This document shows positions 41,220 through 53,330 of a stretch of DNA of 64,000 nucleotides, in pieces. The notes under the pieces are model-generated. The model saw nothing but the letters and a program-made list of their open reading frames with translations. It had not been told where the DNA came from and made no database searches. Position numbers and translations under genes: made by a program. The DNA comes from Octopus sinensis (Eukaryota): contig NC_043004.1 of the NCBI RefSeq assembly GCF_006345805.1, positions 1,984,001 to 2,048,000 of the forward strand, in the 5' to 3' direction. Positions within the stretch are counted from its first letter, which is position 1; each line of letters starts with the position of its first letter.

Positions 41220-41225
<6 letters not shown>
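39849..41225. repeat. Inverted pair of a ~300-bp repeat (39849-40144 and 40927-41225), ~780-bp spacer
   Basis: AATACGCAAACAACGAGAGAAACAAATGGAAAACAGGACA at ~39913 is the exact reverse complement of TGTCCTGTTTTCCATTTGTTTCTCTCGTTGTTTGCGTATT at ~41124. Both outer ends abut (TA)n. Confidence 0.88.
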
Positions 41226-41280
<55 letters not shown>

Positions 41281-42544
41281 AGAGGAGAAATAAAATATCC
41301 AGGCAGATACTGAATTTCTCTATGTAAAATGGCAAGGCTGGTTCCTTCAGATGGTGCGTTTTATGGTAAATATCCTTTAGCTCCCATCCAATGTTACAGG
41401 TTTTTTCTTGACTACTTAGAGTGTAAAGTGTATATGTATATTTGTCATTGAGGGCATACAGAATACACACACACACACATGCTCACACAGTCAGATATAT
41501 ATTTGTCTGAGAGAGCATATGTTTTGCTTATGTATATATGCTACCTATGTATCCGAATCGTGACCACTCAAATAGTTGAGCCATCAACAAAGATAGTTTT
41601 AGTCATATGTGCGGGCGATATGTTTATATATAATTCTGCATGGGAACACCGTAGTTTGGTGAGGGCTGGACGCAACTTGAACAGACTTTGCTGAAGTTAC
41701 AGAACCTTAAAAATATAATATAGCTTATATATTTATAATTTTTTTTATATTTTAAGATTTGACAAGCAACAGACATATTGATGGTACAAGGGGAATTTTA
41801 CTAAAAGCAGGTTCAAGAACGGCGTCATAGAGCTTGACCCTTTGTTTCTTTTTGTTTTCAGTCTATCACAATGTATATTTTCTTTATAATTTCGAAAGTG
41901 TTTTATCAACTGGGCTAGCTTCAATGATCAAAGGCATATTTTAAGTTCTCAGATCACAATTCTTTGAAATTTAATCTGGCAGAATATCCAATGAGAAGAT
42001 AAATTTAAAAATAGAAATACTATCTTAACAAATATACATTTCATGTTTTGGTTTGTGGGTGTGTGGTCTGAAAGAGAACTGCGGTGACCTTTATATTTGG
42101 TTTGCAAAGTGCAATACAATGGAACTCATGTATTTGCGATTGATATAATTCAAGAAATGTACCCCTTCCTTTCTCAATTCAAAAGAAAATCTACTGTTTT
42201 CGTCAAGTTCATTCTGACGTCTCACACTTTCTTTCTCTCCCTCTCTCTCTCTCTCAAACACACACTCATATACGGACAAGCAAACAAACAAGACAAGGAT
42301 AGCAACAACAAAATCTTAATTTGGAATCGAAAGGACATCAGTGTAACATATTCTCCGTGACGTTATTAGATGCATATTTAAAATGAAATATCTGTGTTTG
42401 AGAATCGAAACCAAATTACAATCCATTCTTAGCAGTAACTGGAGAAGCTGCAAATGTATATATTATACATTATTCTGACCAAAGAAAGTTCAAGAAAACA
42501 GAGTGTTGAAGGTTAAATAACTTATAATACTTATTTGGACTGCT

Positions 42545-42712
42545 AAGGCGGTGAGCTGGCAGAATCGCCAGCACAGCAGAGAAACTGCTTAGCAGCATTT
42601 CGTCTGCTGTTACGTTCTGAGTTCAAACGCAATTTTGCCTTTCGGGACCGATAAAGTAAGAACCAGTTGAGCACTCTCCCCGCGATGTTGCTCGCGTTGT
42701 GCCAAAATTTGG
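42545..42712 (+). mobile_element. SINE family A, internally deleted
   Basis: Head GGCGGTGAGCTGGCAGAATCG and 3' GTGCCAAAATTTG. Confidence 0.7.
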
Positions 42713-42720
42713 TATTTCAT

Positions 42721-43620
42721 TGTTATGAACAATAAAACAATAGCGAACAGTTGAGGCGTTTAGTAACAGTTAGTATATCATTTTCATTGTCTTGACGTCT
42801 AAAATTGAAAACAGTTGGAAGGAAGAACCGGTGAGGCTTGCAATATGATCGAAAATCAGGCTGAAAAAAATTTGCCTCGGCGATATTGACACGACGCTCG
42901 CTCATCCAAATTCGGATGTGGTCTCTGTATAGAAGTGTTGGAACCTGGGCGAGTTGTTGGCTGAGCTGTGTACGTAGAGAGGTGATGTTGGCGACGTTGA
43001 CAACATGACGGTGGCAACGAAGAAGGTGACTGTCGTAATGCTGTTGGACGAAGTCTGTAAGCCCCGACGTTCAACGTGGCTGGCGTGGTGTCGTCGCTGG
43101 AACTGGCAGTGTCTTTTATGGTGAGTGGCTAGACCCAGAAAGGTCTAGGATCGAAAGACTTCGAGACCAGGAGAAGCTGGGTTTTTATAAGAAGCTGTAG
43201 GCTCAAAACTGGGTTGAGAACAGGTTGTTTGACGTGATTTTCGTTATACGCTACAGTTGGCGCAATCGAGTAAGAGACAAATTGCGCCAATATCAACCAA
43301 TCAGAGTAGTAGACACAACGGGATCCAAACAGCGGCCAAAGGTAATAAGGACGATTACTCGAAGAACACCTTACCGTCACATCCGTGGCCTTTTGCCTAT
43401 TCTTAATTTTTGCAGTCATCGAAATTGACAAAACCTTTAAGGCATTGGAGTGGGGGATGCCTTTTGGAAACGGTTTTGTCACTTTACGGTTTGAGTCCGA
43501 ATCACATCAAGATTAAATCTATACTCATACCCGGAGGTTGATAACCAGCAATTATTATGGTCATATGTATTGAAAAAATGTCTGAAATTTCTTTTGTTCA
43601 ACTTAGATATATTGATAACA
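42721..43620 (-). mobile_element. Putative solo LTR (~900 bp)
   Basis: Termini TGTTAT...ATAACA (TG..CA, inverted). Minus-strand TATAAAAA at 43182-43189 lies downstream of CCAAT boxes (43287, 43297), with a GC-richer core. No TSD found. Confidence 0.4.
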
Positions 43621-45387
43621 ACCTGGTTTATTGGTGGAGTCATCAGAGCATCGCTCGAAGTGTCCCTTAGCTGTCTGAGTTCCTATCCGACATAGGTTAG
43701 CGAGTACACAAGCAAAACACTGAGTATCTTACAAAATGCTTAAATAATATATAGATTTTTTAAATAAGAATTTAATGTCCATCCGTTCTGCGCTCTTCTT
43801 CTAAATGTATAATCTTTATTCCTGAGAAAAATAAGTAGGTTAATATCAAAATACTTCATGTCAACTGAATAGCAGAGACTAATCCCAATAGAAATAAGAG
43901 ATAGAAATAATTTAAGAAATTCATTTGGTTAAATTCTCCAAGCACTGATTCAACTAACAATAACGATTTAAAGCATTAAAACAATCTAAAAAATCTTTGC
44001 CACATCACCGAGAATGTTTAATGATCAATAACGTGGAAAATTACACAAACATTTTGGGGTTAAAGTCTAAAGAAACAGAAAAAGTATTCTTTTAAAAATA
44101 TAGAAAAAAAACAAAAAGATATAGAAAATAACAAATCTTCATATTGAAGTAGACGAAACGGCAAAGTTTTTAATGTTTACTCTGATGACACAGATAAGGT
44201 AATGTCGACAGCTATTTCAGTATTATTTCAAATGATAAAGATCTGACATTGAAAGCTAAAGAAAGTTACCTGTTTAATGGGTTGATATATATTCATAAGT
44301 ATATATCTCCAGAGACAAAATACATCTTTAATGGCCTGGATATTGTTTATAAATGTATACGTCTCTTCGTAAGGGATTTTGTGTGTTTGTTTGTTTGTGT
44401 GTGTGTGTGTGTGTTTGTGTGTGATGTGTGTCCGTGTGTCTGAGATTAAACTGTCGATTTCTTACATTATCACAAACCATGAGATTTGAAGAGCGGTTTT
44501 ACAGTATTACGGTATTATATTTGATTCAATCAAAGCCAACTTATTCACGGTGCACATTTGCTGCTGTTTAGCAAGAGGTCGTTTAATCCTGATTGAGTAT
44601 TTTAACCATGAACATCCTGCTTTCCATCAAGGCACAATCAATCTTGAGTTGCATAACCTGATATTCTTAAGATATGGTGGGATTTGAGGGAAATTAGGTT
44701 AATTCTAAGACATCAACCATCCACGTCGAGGCTCTCTTTATCAAGTGTGTTAGATAAAAGACAATGTCACGTGGGTCCAAACTAGCACTCGGATAACAGA
44801 GACTAATTTTATGAAATTATTAATTAATAATAGAGACAGAGTATTATTAGTCTGTATTTATTCCGTTGCCAAGTTTCAAATATTTCAGAATGTTAGGTCC
44901 TTAAAAATTTTACAGATTTAAGAGAGTTGAGAAACATCTAACTGGCAGTGTGAACATCTATGGAAACATCTGTTAGTTGTTTTTAATGGAGTCACTTTTA
45001 CTGAAGTGTTTTAAAAATGCTGTTTTCCTCTGAAGATCAAGTGTCGTCATGTAATTACTTTTATCAATATTTATTATATCAGTGTGCCGCTGAGGTAAGC
45101 AGCAAGGATTTCGTCGTTATGAAATAAGTCAAAACTCCGATTAGTTATGAACTGCATCGAGAACATACTTGTGGGAAGACAGTATTTTTCTAGTTTATTT
45201 TCCTCCTACACCAGGAATACAAAAAGTTAAACTCTACATTTATATAATCGTTATTAGATACGCATTGAATCTAGAACGTCCGCACATTTTTGTATCTTTC
45301 ATATTCCTCATTACAAAACTTGTATTATTTGCCCACCTACGTGGTTGCTTTTATTTCTCTACAATTATTAAAATTCATTTCATATCA

Positions 45388-45570
45388 CAGTTCTATATTT
45401 GAGATTGAGGAATTATGTACATTAATTCCATTGATTACATTTGACGGATATTTGTCCTCATCTTGTTTGTTGCTAACACAATATTTCGGCTGATGTACTC
45501 TTCAGCCTTCATCAGGTGTCCTGGGAGAATTTCGAACCTGGTTTTTCATTCCTAAGGTATATTTCCGATG
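45388..45570 (-). mobile_element. Hammerhead-containing short repeat module (copy 1)
   Basis: Collinear with 57607-57780 (TTACATTTGACGGATATTTGTC-TCATCTT...CATCAGGTGTC...TAAGGTAT...CGATG). Confidence 0.8.
45475..45520 (-). ncRNA. Minimal type I hammerhead motif
   Basis: GACAC CUGAUGA A GGCUGA-AGAGUACA-UCAGCC GAAA UA UU GUGUU. Intact core, 6-bp stem II, 5-bp stem I, palindromic AUAU; the cleavage triplet is AUU (weak). Confidence 0.75.
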
Positions 45571-45611
45571 TTCTTCTTCTTCTTCTTCTTCTTCTTCTTC
45601 TTCTTCTTCTT

Positions 45612-45695
<84 letters not shown>

Positions 45696-45698
<3 letters not shown>

Positions 45699-47095
45699 TA
45701 GTCTTATTTTTGCACCACCAAGCACAGCTCTGTATGCCTTGTGTATGTGATGTGGTTGGTGGTGTTATTTTTACTGTATTGAAAGTGCTTTAGGTGGGAT
45801 GTGTGCGGTGCCTAGCAGTGCTATTTTTTATATGTTATATATATTTGTCAGCCTTGTTGTTTTTGTTATGTATTTGTATGAATGTCTTTTTATCATACCT
45901 AATGCGCCTGCTATGCTAGGAATTGCTTCAGAGTTTAGGCTCTACATTCGTCTTACCTTTGTTTCCAGATCTTTGTATTTAAAAGTTTTTCCATTTTAAA
46001 GACACTTTGTCATCTGTTGGTATTGATACATCGATAAGACGGCGAGCTGGCAGAAACGTTAGCACGCCGGGCGAAATGCTTAGCAGTATTTCGTCTGTCG
46101 TTACGTTCTAAGTTCAGATTCCGCCGAGGTCGACTTTGCCTTTCATCTTTTCGGGGTCGATAAATTAAGTACCAGTTATGTACGGCAGTAGTTCTAATCG
46201 ACTGGCTCCCTCCCAAAATTTTCGGGCCTTGTGCCTAGAGTAGAAACGGGTATTGATACATCGATTAGAAAGCATTTTTCTTTTGGTGATATCTGACAAT
46301 TATATCCAGCCTATTGGCCTAAATTTCTCTATCTGTGTGTATTGGCATATCCCAGATTATGGTTGCTTTCTCATTTTCTGACGTGTGCCTACACCATTTT
46401 TTCTGTTGTTATTCCATAGTGTTGGCATAGCTTCCACTGTATATAGGTCCCAACTCTGTCGTTTCTGTGAATATATTCTTTCTCAGCCAGCATCGGGCAG
46501 CGAGAGAGAATATGATTTCTTTTTTCTTCCCCATCACCACATATTCTGCAGTTACTTGTATTTCTTTTCATTACGTGTTTTGGTTGATTTCTGGTGAGAT
46601 TTCTGGTTGATTTCTCGCAGGAGCAAGGCGCTGCGATTGAAAATCCCTCTGTCTCTGCTTTGAGTCATGAGCTTCTCAACCATTGTTGGGATTTTGCTTT
46701 GCCAATTTCTTTCTGTTTAGCTTAACCCAATATTTGCCGAGAAGGTACTTTTCTTGCCATCGCTTTATCATGATCCGTTACTGTTCCAGGTTTAATTTGG
46801 ATTTCAGTTGGTTTACAGCTTATGTTGTTTCTTCTTTTTCTTCATAGTTGTTAGGTACTATGCATTCCTTTTGTATTCATCAGTTTCCTTAAAGACTGAA
46901 AACTGTTTTTTATTTTGTTCATGTTTCCTAGCTACTTTTATTAGTTTTTCTTGCTTCTGAAGTAGGTAATAGTTTCCTAGCTGTATAAGACCTCTACCAC
47001 CTTCGATACGTTGTATATATATATAACCTTTCTATGTCAGATTTTGGTCGGTACATCCTGAATCCTGTCATTATTTTTCTTGTTTTCCTGTCTAT
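45696..47095 (-). mobile_element. R4/Dong-type (RLE) LINE 3' portion, decayed
   Basis: Minus strand: DRKTRKIMTGFRMYRPKSDIERLY...GGRGL, zinc knuckle CRICGDGEEKRNHILSRCPMLAEKEYIHRNDRVG, C-terminus LLGTAHIPPKALSIQ*, then 3' UTR and (AAT)n(AAG)n. Confidence 0.88.
46036..46248 (+). mobile_element. SINE family A with a 17-bp TSD, inserted in the LINE
   Basis: GGTATTGATACATCGAT at 46019-46035 and 46249-46265. Confidence 0.92.
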
Positions 47096-47109
47096 TTTAA
47101 TTAGTTTGA

Positions 47110-47284
47110 TTTATTGGCCCCGAAGGGATAAAAGGCGAAGTTGACCTCGGTAGAATTTGAACTCAGAATATAGCGACGGGTGAAATACCGCTAAGCATTT
47201 TGCCCGGTGTGCTAACAATTCTGCCAGCTCACTGCATTAATAGAAATAATAACAATAAAAATAATAATAATAATAATAATAATA

Positions 47285-47335
<51 letters not shown>

Positions 47336-47550
47336 TAACGGTTTCAAATTTTGCAACAATGGCGGTAATTTGGGGGGATGGGATAAGTCGATTACATCGA
47401 TCCCTCGTGTTTCACTGGTACTTAATTTCTCGATCCCGATGGGTGAAAAGCAAAGTCGACATCGACGGAATTTCAACTCAGAACGTAAAGACGGGCGAAA
47501 TACCGCTAAGCATTTTGCACGGAATGCTAGATTGGACCAGTTCACCACTT
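47110..47550. mobile_element. Two SINE family A pieces around an (AAT)n array
   Basis: Family body motifs in reverse complement at ~47110-47235 and ~47340-47530. Confidence 0.75.
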
Positions 47551-48291
47551 TAACAACAACAACAATAACAACAACAATAGCAACAACAACAACAACAACA
47601 ATAATAATAACAATAATGATAATAATAATAATATAATGATAAATGTTTATAATACAGGAACAAGGTCAGTAATTCGGAGGAGAATGGATCGGTAGATTGC
47701 ATCTGCACTTGACTGGTGCAATATTTTATCGACCCCCAGAGGGAAGAAAGGAAAAATGACCTCTGCAGGATTTGAACTCTATGATAAAAGAATCGTTTCT
47801 AACATAAAATTGTAATAATGGTTTGCTATTGTAATCGTCAGTATTGAGAAAGTCGTTTGCATTATTAAGAAAGGAGTTTAGTGAGGAGCCGTGTGTAACC
47901 TTAGTGGATAGCTTCTAGCAATTGCTGAAAGTAGACAATAAGTGCCAAACACATGTGACTGCATTTCTCGAGAAAACTTGCTGCCAGTATCAAGTTATAC
48001 GACTAGAAACACGTGACCACATGAATTTGATTCTCATGAGGAATTGAGGGAATGTTTACCATTCTGCAGCCTTTACCTTGGAGAGAAAAACATTGGGAAC
48101 CTGAAGAGACATGCAAGTGCTTTTCCTTCAGCAAAGTCACGTTGCAAAATGTTTCTTCCTTGTGTGGATTTTGAAGCTGTTTTATTCTTCTTCCGAATGG
48201 TATCGGTTAATTTCTTGAGAAATATAAATCTTTTTTACTTAGCAACCAGCATAATTTGACAACGATGTAGATGACACCTTACAAAAATATT

Positions 48292-49139
48292 TGGTTAAAA
48301 TAACGATGAGCGATGGCTAGAAGTATATTGAGCTATATCTGGTAAACAGTTGATCTAGCAAGCGGGGCTTCATATCAGTGAGGCTAGGTGCTGTGCGCAA
48401 TGACGCTATCGAGAGGTAGGCCCCGAAACGCACGCATTCTCTCCTGATGGCCCTTACTGGCCTCCGGTATTTGGAGCTTTCGGCTGGTAGCACTTGCATG
48501 TGCAAGTTGTTTGCAAAACATTTGAGTTTATACCTACTTGTTTTTCCAGCTTATTTTTCATGACGACAGGGTACATCCCTAATGTGTAAAAAATAAAATA
48601 TTGTTAGCGCAGTAGTTATCAAAGACTTGCTATTATAATGCTACACCTCTTCGTCTTATGCTTCGTTCTATAGTTACTCTATTGTCATCGTTATAGTCAT
48701 GTATATACCGGTATATATTAAGGGTTACCTCCTTATCACAGTATATCAGTAAATAACAAACAGAACAGCCCAGCGCACGTCAGATATAGAAACGGCTTGA
48801 AAACAAATATATACCTCTTAATTGCAAGCAAATATATTGTGCATTTTACGAAACATCTAACTTCCAGCGCGGGTTCTGAGTTCTATATAAAATCTGTAGG
48901 AATAAACTCAAATGTTTTGCAAACAACTTGCACATGCAAGTGCTACCAGCCGAAATCTCTACATACCAGAGGCCATCAAGAGTCATCAGGAAAGAATTTG
49001 CGCCGTTTCGGGGTCTACCTCTCGACAGCGTCAATGCGCACTGCCCCTCCCGTCACTGATATGAGACCCCGCTTGCTAGATCAAATGGTTATCAGATATA
49101 GCTCAATATTCTTCTAGCCATCGCTCATCTTTTTAACCA
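48292..49139. repeat. Inverted repeat, arms 48292-48537 and 48896-49139, ~360-bp spacer (MITE-like, unclassified)
   Basis: CGGCTGGTAGCACTTGCATGTGCAAGTTGTTTGCAAAACATTTGAGTTTAT is matched by its reverse complement at ~48902-48962. Both outer ends read TGGTTAAAA; no TSD found. Confidence 0.9.
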
Positions 49140-50757
49140 GATCCAGTGGCTAGCGTTTTCCACTTACGCTCATTGAGAAAATATTTTACTAAACATAAAA
49201 ACTAAACACAACGGAGAAAGCACACAATTTTGAATCATTGCAAGGACTTCAATATTAATAACGATTGTTTGTAATTGAAAATTATTGCCAATTATTTCAA
49301 ATGCTTTTATTTCTTTTTTGTGGGGTCACACTATATTAATTGTTCTTTCCGAGGAAAATTAAATCATTGATTATTTTTCTCTTCATTAATTGACATAGTC
49401 TCGAAAATATTATAAGGCCTGGTACAAGAAATGAAATATATATTCTCCGTTGATGAGGCATAATACGACAGGAACCTTTTCAGATACAGCATACCTCCAT
49501 TTCCAATTGTTAACCTAATTGTAATTTGGAGTTGCCGCTCTTCTTTCAGCGAGAATTAGCATTAATGCTAATGACTCCTTCCATTACGTGTGAGATTTTA
49601 AGTAATGAAAATTGTGTCAGAACGGCTCACTACATTATCAGTCGATTTATCTATATAGCTAACAGGCTGTCTCTAAAATATGGCATTATATTTCTGCTAA
49701 TAAATGAAATCACATTAGAACAGCACCGACAGACATCTCACAATTACGCCATTTTCCTATGCCAGCGGAAATACGAAGCAAGTTTTCTACTTTCGTTACT
49801 TCATTGTATTTAAAGTTTTTGAAAAAATTAACAGTTTTCATTGGATAATAAATAAATAAATAAATAAAATAAAATAAAATAAAATAAATAAATTCGGCGA
49901 AAGTTAGTCATAAGATACAGAATACGGTTAGATGAAAGTGCTAATAATATCTCGACTGATAACTAGTTAACGTATAAGCATAAGAGATAATGAGATATAC
50001 ATTAAAATTGTTAAACTAGATTTTGTAAGAGCTGCTGTATATTCTCTAGCGAAAATATATAAATTACTCCGTTAGATATATGCCGAGATTCAAGATAGGT
50101 TAGGGTTGTCTTGTTTTGACTTATACGATTCCGATGCTCCTGGTCCTCAGAGGCATTGTAAGCATTGCTTTAGTTTCGCACATGAAGCCGTGCCTTACGA
50201 TTCTCTTCAACTCATTTGGGGAATCAATATATTCATATATTCAACCAAGTATTCCGATCAACCTCTACCTCTGTGTCAGAACAAATCTGACATAGCAGAT
50301 ACACAAGAGACGGTTTTCCAACCACCTCTACTTCCATAGAAAACTTCGCTGCTGTTTATGCTGTTGTTGATACAATGAAATGCATACGTTAGCAGTTTAT
50401 CCGTGAGAGGGGTGCACATTTTAATGAGAATTTCAATTCCTCAAGTTGCATCTTTATTCAATTGATGCAAACTAACTTTCTTACATTCGTTATTACTAAA
50501 CTTGTTAGTAACAATGGAAACAGGAAGTTGGTCGAGTGGCCAAAATGCCGAGCTGCTTGTCAAAGGTTTCAGAGTTCGTTTTTCTTTTAAGGTATCTCGG
50601 GTTCGCTGCGGGCAATGTTTACCAATGATAACAACAATAAAAACAACAAAAACAACAACAATAACAACAATAGAAGAAAAAAAATAATAATAATAATAAA
50701 ATTAATAATAGAGGTCTCTGGGTGAGACTTGGAGCCAACTTGTACAAATGTAAACAA

Positions 50758-50826
<69 letters not shown>

Positions 50827-50861
50827 CCTTTCTACTGTAGGCACAAGGCCTGAAGTTCCTG

Positions 50862-51517
50862 GAGTGAGCTAGAGAGGAAGTATAGGGTGAAGAAAAAGGG
50901 AATCCATGTTGTGATTGAGGAATTAAAACAGAGGTTAAAAGCTAAAACTCATAAAGGGATATGAACAGAGAATTGAGCAGTACAGATTAAACAGACTTTT
51001 CGAACAAAATGAGAAACGATTCAGTCAGGAACAGGTAGAAAAAGGAGGACAGGCCGTGCCGGGTGCTGAAGAACGTATAAGATTCTCGTCAAACATATGG
51101 TCTCAGGAGAAACAACAGGAAACTGAAGCAGAGTGGTTAAAGGCACACAAAGAGGAGCATGGAGAGTATCAGCAGGAGGATTTGAGAATAAGCGAGATGA
51201 TGATCAGTCATGATGGGTATACTGGGCTTCGTACATTTTACCCCAGTGTCACTTTGATGGCATGCACTGCTCTCTCACTCAATAATAATAATAATATAAT
51301 AATCCCCCCCACCCAGGAAAAATAAGGAGTGTTACCTTAGTTCACTGGTAGTGAACAACTGACACTGTAGTACATCTCCAGCGTTAGAAGCTGTGCGAAG
51401 ACAATAATAATAATGATAATAATAATGATAATAATAATAATAATGATAATGATAATAATAAATAATAAACGATAATGATAAATAATAAATGATAATGATA
51501 ATGATAATAAATAATAA

Positions 51518-51552
<35 letters not shown>

Positions 51553-53330
51553 ATTGGAATTGTGAGGAATGCAACGTGTTTCCTGAAGAGAAGTATGGTG
51601 GAATGGAAAACTGAACTGACATTTTACCGAAAAAGCTTCGGCACCCTGGGTATCTGAAGAGGGATTTTGAAGGTTGACAGCCTATCTTTGTTGCTTTTCG
51701 TTCGCTGCATGATATCCTTGGCCTTAGTACTTAGGAAAATGAAACTGGGTACCAACTAAAGGAAAGATCCGAAACAGTCAGCCACCTCATCTTCATGGAT
51801 GATTTGAAACTGTATGGCAAAGATGAGACACAAGTCAGTTCCTTGGTGAACACGGTCCCCTGTTTTAGTACTCATATTAGAATGGAATTTGGACTCAATA
51901 AGTGCGAAATAATTAGGCAAGACACAGTCCCTAGCAGGAATAGAATTACCGAACAGAGACCTGATTAAATAAATTGAAACGGAAGGATACAAATACCTTG
52001 GTATACGAGAGTTCAACGAAAGAATGAAAACGGAAACGAAAGAGCAGCCGAGGATGGAGTATTTCCAAAGACGGAGGTTGGTGTTTCGCTCAAAATTGAC
52101 AGATTGGAATAAAATCCAAGTGGTTAAATCGTGGGCGATAGCATCACCTCGGTAAATGAGCGGGAATGATAAAATGGCAAAAGCGAGAAGAAAATGGCAA
52201 AACGTGAAGAAAATGGATACCAAGACCAGAAAAGTGTTGACAGTACACGGAGCTTTCCACCCTAAGTGTGAAACCGATAGGCTGTACTCGTCCAGAAGAA
52301 AGGGTAGGAGTGTATCAAAGCAGAGGAAAACAGTCTAGGGTAGTATATAAAGAATGTCGTGGAGCTACTGTTGAAATGCACGAAGAAGGCCGGCGTCATC
52401 AAAACTGAAAATTTTGTAACTAAAGAAAAATTTAAACACGAAATTAACAAAAATAGAAAAAAAAGCATGGAAGGAAGAGAAAATGTTCGGTCAGTTTGCA
52501 AGAGATGTAAACGCAAAGACAGACGCAGCAGACCGCAGACCGGTGGCTATGGATGAGGAGGCGTGACCTTGAAGATAGAGGCAGAATCACTCATATGCAC
52601 AGCTCAGTAACAAGCATTAAGGACAATCTATATGAAGTGCGGAATAGACAACAATACCGATAGCGACAAATGTAGAATGTGTGGTGAGAGGAGTGAAACG
52701 GTATGGCCCATCTTTAGCGAATGGCCCACATTGGCAAAACGCGAATATAAAAAACGCCATGATAATATAACAAGAATGATCCATTTAGAGCTCGGTGGAA
52801 ACCACGGCCTACAAAGAGCAAAGACATGGTATGAAAAAACTCCAAAAAGAGTTACCGAAAATGAGAATTGCAAAATCCTGTGGAATGCAATAATACAGTA
52901 CGATCACCTGACCAGACATAGGAAAGCAGACATTGTTGTGGTAAATAAAAAAGAGAGAGAACGTGTGTATGATAATCGACATAGCATGCCCCGGTGACAA
53001 CAGGATTAATGTGAAAGAAGAAAAAATTAACTATGCCGATTTGAAGTGGGGAATACAAAAGTTGTGGTCAATGAGGAGAGTAGATGTGATACCAATAGTA
53101 ATTGGTGCATTTGGAAGTATCAGCACTCAACTACCAACATGGCTGAAACAGATCAGTGCAAGTGTGAAGGTATAACCTACAAAAATCAGCATGCATGGAA
53201 CTCCAAGAATTTTTCGCAGGGTTCTTGACGCATGACCAGTAAACAAGTGTTGCCTTAGTCTGCTGGCTGTAGACAGCTGACACTTTCCATCATGCCCAGC
53301 AAAATAAGAGGACGTGAGAGAACACGGGGA
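50862..53330 (+). mobile_element. R4/Dong-type (RLE) LINE, broken (50862-51205 and 51553-53330)
   Basis: GIHVVIEELKQRL..., RT HLIFMDDLKLYGKDE (FMDD at 51792-51803), MEFGLNKC, zinc knuckle CRMCGERSETVW...KRHDN, restriction-like endonuclease KILWN...RKADIVVVNKKER...IIDIACPGD...IPIVIGAFG, ending GTPRIFRRVLDA*. Confidence 0.92.

Noticed and set aside
49004-49028. Minus-strand CUGUCGA-GAGG/CCCC-GAAA hammerhead-like reading in the 48-49 kb arms
   Set aside because: The core is not conserved in the other two copies (CUAUCGA, CCGCCGG) and no copy has a UH triplet.
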